Source of the DNA: Candidatus Woesearchaeota archaeon | GTDB lineage: Archaea; Nanobdellota; Nanobdellia; Woesearchaeales; JABGXB01 | Direction: 5' to 3' | Length of the DNA: 64,000 bases | Assembly: GCA_018675975.1 (NCBI GenBank) | Contig: JABGXB010000003.1 | Coordinates: 331,821-395,820 of the forward strand | The notes under the pieces: model-generated | Database searches by the model: none | What the model was told of the DNA's origin: nothing | Seen by the model: the letters and a program-made list of their open reading frames with translations, nothing else | Part shown: one piece after another, positions 59,165-64,000 of the stretch | Layout: each line of letters begins with the position of its first letter | Position numbering within the stretch: position 1 is the stretch's first letter | Program-made: the position numbers and the translations under genes

Positions 59165-59502
59165 ATATCTTCTTCTTGTACTAAATCATCAGATTTACTT
59201 GAATCAGAAGAACTACCAGCTTGTCCTTTTTTTTCAATAGTTAAAATTCCAAACTTTCCTGCACTAATTTGTAATTGATTATTAAATGCACTACACCAGC
59301 CTTTTTCAATTTTAATAACATCGCCAACATTTACTTTGTCAACATCGTCATTCCATAATGTTATTTTAACTGAACCAGTATCATCTTTTCCAGTACAATT
59401 ACATAATCGTCCAGAATGAAACTCTCTTGGTTCCTCTTTTTCAACCACTTCTAATTCTATAAAGTCAATTGGTGCTTTATCTTTCAATTCATTTGTTTTC
59501 AT
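59158..59502 (-). CDS. ssb: Single OB-fold ssDNA-binding protein (SSB/RPA)
   Basis: DDTGSVKITLWND..V.VGDVIKI..GW...FN..LQI..GKFG with acidic tail. Confidence 0.9.
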   Translation of the reverse strand: MKTNELKDKAPIDFIELEVVEKEEPREFHSGRLCNCTGKDDTGSVKITLWNDDVDKVNVGDVIKIEKGWCSAFNNQLQISAGKFGILTIEKKGQAGSSSDSSKSDDLVQEEDMR

Positions 59503-61010
59503 ATTAAATACTCTCCGTAATCTTTAAATGATTTTTTTTTATTAATTAAAAAATCTAAAATTTCTGACATTTTACCTATAGGAATTTTAATTTGACTTTC
59601 ACTATCACGATCTCTTATTGTAATTGAATTTTTTTCAACAGAATCAAAATCAATTGTAATACAAAAAGGAGTCCCAATTTCATCTTGCCTCAAATAACGT
59701 TTTCCAATAGAACCACCTTTATCATAATAACAAATATAATCATTTTTTAACTGACTATAAATTTCCTTTGATAAATTAATAATAGAATCCTTATTCATTA
59801 AAGGAAGTATAGCAATTTTTATTGGTGCAATATCATAGGGTATTTTTAATATATTTTTACCTTCATTTTTATTATTAAAAGTTAAATAATTATCAAGTAA
59901 ACAATATATTGGTCTATCTATACCAAATGCAATTTCAATTATGTGAGGTACAATTTTCTTACCATCATCACACACAGCTTCTAATTTTCTACCACTGTGT
60001 TTTGAATGTTGATTTAAATCATAATTTCCTCTATCATGAATACCACAAACTTCAATCCAACCATGAGTATTTGTAAAAATCTCAATATCCCATGCATCGT
60101 TTGCATAAAATGCTTTTTCATTATCCAAATGTTGACGTAATCTAATTTTATCTGAATCAAATCCAAATGACAAAAATAAATCATAAGCCACATATAATGC
60201 CCAAGCATAAGCTTGACTTTTAATATTATTATTTTTTAAAACAGAATTAATTGTTAATAATGAAACTGCTTTTTTATTAATTTGATCATCTGCAGACCAA
60301 AAAGGTAATTTATTTTTACTAATACTATTAAATTTGTCAAAATTTATTTTATTATTAGCCTCAATAAATAATTGACCTTCTGCTTGAGTAAATTCTCTCA
60401 TTCTTAATAAATGTTGACGAGGTGAAATTTCATTTCTAAATGCCTTACCTATTTGAAATACACCAAATGGTAATTTATTTCTAAAATGTTCTAAATAATT
60501 TAAAAAAGGTAAATATGTAGATGTTGCAGTTTCTGGTCTATTATAAGCCAATTGAGAAACTCCTAATGTTGTTTTCATCATTAAAATATGTCTTTTAATT
60601 TCCAAAATTAATTCTTCACCATTAGGTGCAACAATTTTATTTTTTTTAATAAAATCAATTAATTCATCATCACTCATATTTCCAGCATTCACATCAGGAA
60701 AATTTTCTTCAATTAATTTATCAACTCTAAAATTACTCTTAGAATTTTTTGTTACAATTAATGGATCTGAAAAATTACCAGCATGACCACTTGCAACCCA
60801 AACACTTTCTGGACTAACTATTGGACATTCAACTTCCCAAAAATCTGAAAATGAAAATGTTTTTCTAATTTTTGCTTCAATATTATTTTTTAATAACTTC
60901 CCATTAGGCCCATATTCATAAAAACCAGCTACACCACCATACAGTTCAGGACTAGGTCCCCATACAAACCCCCTAGATGACATATAATTAATTAATTGCT
61001 TTTGTTCCAT
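59499..61010 (-). CDS. glyS: Glycine--tRNA ligase (alpha2 type)
   Basis: ELYGG..GFYEYGPNG, VWVASGH, RPETA, QIGKAFRNEISPR, GSIGKRY.RQDEIGTP. Confidence 0.96.
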   Translation of the reverse strand: MEQKQLINYMSSRGFVWGPSPELYGGVAGFYEYGPNGKLLKNNIEAKIRKTFSFSDFWEVECPIVSPESVWVASGHAGNFSDPLIVTKNSKSNFRVDKLIEENFPDVNAGNMSDDELIDFIKKNKIVAPNGEELILEIKRHILMMKTTLGVSQLAYNRPETATSTYLPFLNYLEHFRNKLPFGVFQIGKAFRNEISPRQHLLRMREFTQAEGQLFIEANNKINFDKFNSISKNKLPFWSADDQINKKAVSLLTINSVLKNNNIKSQAYAWALYVAYDLFLSFGFDSDKIRLRQHLDNEKAFYANDAWDIEIFTNTHGWIEVCGIHDRGNYDLNQHSKHSGRKLEAVCDDGKKIVPHIIEIAFGIDRPIYCLLDNYLTFNNKNEGKNILKIPYDIAPIKIAILPLMNKDSIINLSKEIYSQLKNDYICYYDKGGSIGKRYLRQDEIGTPFCITIDFDSVEKNSITIRDRDSESQIKIPIGKMSEILDFLINKKKSFKDYGEYLI

Positions 61011-61116
61011 AACAAACCAGAATTGTAAAACATTATAAATTTTTGCAAAAATAAAAGAATTTAGTATTTAAATAAGAGTGACATAAACTTATAAAATAAA
61101 ATTATAAGAAATTAAT

Positions 61117-62322
61117 ATGACTTGGAGTGTAAAATATAAATTAAAAGAAATTGAAGATATAGTTGGACAAGATTTAATTGTAGAAAAATTAAAAGATTAT
61201 ATAAAAAATTTCTCAGTTCATAAAGGAAAAGCAATTTTATTATATGGACCAACAGGTAGTGGAAAAACTTCCATTGTACACGCACTTGCAAATCATTTTA
61301 ATAATGAATTATTTGAAATTAATAGTAGTGATATTAGAAATAAAGAAAAAATAGAAGAATTAGTTGGAGCTGCAGCAACACAAATGAGTTTATTTGGTAC
61401 AAAAAAAATTATTCTTTTAGATGAAGTTGATAACTTAAGTGGAACAAAAGATAGAGGCGGAGCAATTGCAATTGCAAAAATCATACCTAAAAGTGTATTT
61501 CCAATAATAATGACTGCAAATGATGCCTATGCATCAAAATTAAAGGAAGTTAGAAAAAAATCTTTAGTTTTAGAATTAGAAGAAATAAATTATAATATAA
61601 TAAAAAATATATTTAAAAAAATATTAGAAAAAGAAAAAATTGAATATGAAGAAACTGCTATATCACAATTAGCAAGAAGTTCATCAGGCGATATAAGAAG
61701 TGCAATTAATGATCTTGAATCTATAGCAATTATGCATAAAAAAATAACTCAAAAAACAATATATTCAATATTTGAAAGAGAAAGAAAAAAAAGTATAGAA
61801 AATGCATTAATGAAAGTTTTTAAAACAACAGATATTAACATATCACTTAATTCCTTTAATAATATTGACGAAAATCTTGATGAAACCATATTGTGGTTAG
61901 AATATAATTTGCCAAAAGAATATGAAAAAATAGGTGATCTATACAGAGCATATGAATCTCTGTCTAAATCAGATCTATTCAATAGTCGAATAAGAAGAAG
62001 ACAAAATTGGAGATATTTAGTATATGTCAATTTTTATCAAACAGTTGGAATAAGTCTTTCAAAAAAAGAAAAATACAAAAAAGTAAATGAATATAAAAGA
62101 ACAACAAGATTATTAAAAATGTGGCAAGCAAATATAAGTAATGCAAAAAGAAAAGCATTTTCATCTAGAATGAAAACTTATTTTCATGTATCAAGTAAAA
62201 AATTTAATTTTGAGTATACCCCATATTTTAAATATTTATATAATAAAGATGAAATATTTTGTCAACGATCAAATGAATTCTATGAAATAAATGAAGATGA
62301 AATTAAATTTTTAAAAAAATGA
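61117..62322 (+). CDS. rfcL: Replication factor C large subunit
   Basis: W..KY, GPTGSGKTS, EINSSD.R, LDEVD, GDIRSAINDL. Confidence 0.93.
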   Translation: MTWSVKYKLKEIEDIVGQDLIVEKLKDYIKNFSVHKGKAILLYGPTGSGKTSIVHALANHFNNELFEINSSDIRNKEKIEELVGAAATQMSLFGTKKIILLDEVDNLSGTKDRGGAIAIAKIIPKSVFPIIMTANDAYASKLKEVRKKSLVLELEEINYNIIKNIFKKILEKEKIEYEETAISQLARSSSGDIRSAINDLESIAIMHKKITQKTIYSIFERERKKSIENALMKVFKTTDINISLNSFNNIDENLDETILWLEYNLPKEYEKIGDLYRAYESLSKSDLFNSRIRRRQNWRYLVYVNFYQTVGISLSKKEKYKKVNEYKRTTRLLKMWQANISNAKRKAFSSRMKTYFHVSSKKFNFEYTPYFKYLYNKDEIFCQRSNEFYEINEDEIKFLKK

Positions 62323-62909
62323 AGTACAATAATAATAATAAACTAAAAAAACATAAATTTAATATTAAAACTATAAATGAAGAAATAGAAGAATATGAAG
62401 AAAGTCATTATGAAAAATATAAACATATATATGGAATATCAATAACAATTTTATTAATAATAATTATAATATTTTCATTTGTGCTAAGTCCAAATATATC
62501 TTTAAAATTTGCAAGTAATATATTAAGTGGAAATTTAAAAAATAATACATTTACAGTAAATAGTACATTAAAAATAATTTTAAGTGAAAATATAAAAAAA
62601 GAATTAATCCAAAGCTATAAACAAAATAAACCATATGAAATTAAATTATGCTTAATAGGACAAATAATTAATGGTGATTATATAATAAATAAAATATTTC
62701 ACCCTAAAATTATAGAACAATCTGTAGTACATGTAATCAGTCAAGGATGTCCAGAAACTACATTAATTGACATACACTCCCATCCATTTGATAATTGTTT
62801 ATTTAGTAATACTGATTTTAATACATATAAAAGAGCTAAAAAAACAAATGAAAAACTTTTAATGGGTGTAATGTGTAGTGAAAATAAATTTTTGTTTGTT
62901 AATGAATAA
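62319..62909 (+). CDS. Membrane-anchored JAB/MPN+ (JAMM) metalloprotease-like protein
   Basis: One TM helix, then E(IKLCL.G)...HSHP-x5-FS..D JAMM motif. Confidence 0.75.
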   Translation: MKYNNNNKLKKHKFNIKTINEEIEEYEESHYEKYKHIYGISITILLIIIIIFSFVLSPNISLKFASNILSGNLKNNTFTVNSTLKIILSENIKKELIQSYKQNKPYEIKLCLIGQIINGDYIINKIFHPKIIEQSVVHVISQGCPETTLIDIHSHPFDNCLFSNTDFNTYKRAKKTNEKLLMGVMCSENKFLFVNE

Positions 62910-62982
62910 TATATAATCAAATAATATACAATAAAAGCATAATAATAATTATTTTTATAAATAAACCTTTTATTTCAAATTT

Positions 62983-64000
62983 ATGAAAGAGTTTGCAAAA
63001 AAATACCAACCACATGAAATTGAAATAAAGTGGCAAAAATTCTGGCAAGATGAAAAAATATTTGAATTTGATATAAATAAAGAAGGAAAAATATACTCAG
63101 TTGATACACCACCACCTACAATGTCAGGTAAAATGCATATTGGACATTTTGGTTCATATGCACAACAAGATTTTATTGTAAGATATAAAAGACAAAAAGG
63201 ATTTAATGTATTATTTCCATTTGGAACTGATGATAATGGACTCCCAACTGAAAAATTAGTTGAAAAAGAAAAAAAAATAAGTTCAGCTCACATGCCAAGA
63301 GCAGATTTCATAAAAAAATGTAATGAATACATAAATGAAAATAGAAATGAATTTACAAATGATTGGATTAATGCAGGAATATCTTGTGATTTTAATTCTT
63401 CATATTCAACAATAAGTCCTTATTGTCAAAAACAATCACAATTATCATTTATTGAATTATATAATAAAAATTTAATATATCAAAAAGAAGCCCCAGCAGT
63501 ATGGTGTCCAAAATGTACTACAGCAATTGCTCAGGCAGAAATGAATGATATTCAAAAAGAATCAAAATTTAATAATATAATATTTAAAGTAGAAAATCAA
63601 GAAAATTTAATAATTGGAACAACCAGACCAGAATTACTTTTTGCATGCGTTACACTTTTTGTAAATCCAAAAGATAAAAGATATAAAAAATATATTGGCC
63701 TTGAAGCCGAAATTCCATTATTTAAAAGAAAAATAAAAATTATGGCAGATGAATCTGCACAAATGGATAAAGGAACAGGAGTTTTAATGATCTGTACATT
63801 TGGAGATTATAGTGATGTTGAAGCAGTACAAAAACACAATTTAGAACCAATTGATGCAATAACAAAAGATGGAAAATTAACTGAAAATGCAAAAGAATTT
63901 GCAAACTTAAAAGTAAATGAAGGAAGAGAAAAAATATTAGAAAAATTAAAAAAAGAAAATTTATTAGTTGATCAAAAAAATATTATCCATAATACTAATG
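62983..64000 (+). CDS. valS: Valine--tRNA ligase (N-terminal part; runs off the window)
   Basis: Not in the ORF track. MKEFAKKYQPHEIEIKWQKFW..YSVDTPPPTMSGKMHIGH, GTDDNGLPTE, TTRPELL, KGTG..MICTFGD. Confidence 0.96.
   Translation, partial: MKEFAKKYQPHEIEIKWQKFWQDEKIFEFDINKEGKIYSVDTPPPTMSGKMHIGHFGSYAQQDFIVRYKRQKGFNVLFPFGTDDNGLPTEKLVEKEKKISSAHMPRADFIKKCNEYINENRNEFTNDWINAGISCDFNSSYSTISPYCQKQSQLSFIELYNKNLIYQKEAPAVWCPKCTTAIAQAEMNDIQKESKFNNIIFKVENQENLIIGTTRPELLFACVTLFVNPKDKRYKKYIGLEAEIPLFKRKIKIMADESAQMDKGTGVLMICTFGDYSDVEAVQKHNLEPIDAITKDGKLTENAKEFANLKVNEGREKILEKLKKENLLVDQKNIIHNTN

Noticed and set aside
1..64000. CRISPR array, DGR/retron, IS element or provirus
   Set aside because: No regularly spaced repeats, reverse transcriptase, transposase, integrase or capsid motifs seen, and no duplicate of the tRNA-Phe 3' end noticed.

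Overview
Very AT-rich, gene-dense chromosomal segment of an archaeon, most consistent with a DPANN (Woesearchaeota/Nanobdellota-like) lineage. Markers are archaeal ProRS, AlaRS, GlyRS, ValRS, aRF1, Rpo6/Rpo11, TFS, uS15, eL42, GINS, RFC-L, Rpp21, XPD, two DHH nucleases and one tRNA-Phe(GAA). Accessory content includes a prepilin peptidase, a type IV pilus/Tad-like ATPase plus platform locus, a block of large ORFans followed by secreted/S-layer-like proteins (about 24.7-38 kb), MutL and two radical SAM enzymes. Most notable observations: (1) a PocR-GAF-GGDEF diguanylate-cyclase-like gene in an archaeon, about 3.7 kb upstream of the pilus ATPase; (2) two GC-enriched multi-hairpin intergenic elements (9736-9900 and 13761-13938) sharing a CGGGAAA(AA)GAGGTG motif, which I cannot assign to a known RNA family; (3) several stand-alone half-genes (Hel308-N, Dph2-N, RqcH-C); (4) an exact 33-bp direct repeat bracketing a two-gene TrmB cassette at the 3' end of ssb; (5) an uncalled 59-aa acidic microprotein; (6) a near-constant 29-30 nt TATA-to-ATG spacing implying leaderless mRNAs. 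No CRISPR array, transposase, integrase, reverse transcriptase or rRNA was seen. All family calls are from motif recognition by eye, not database searches.
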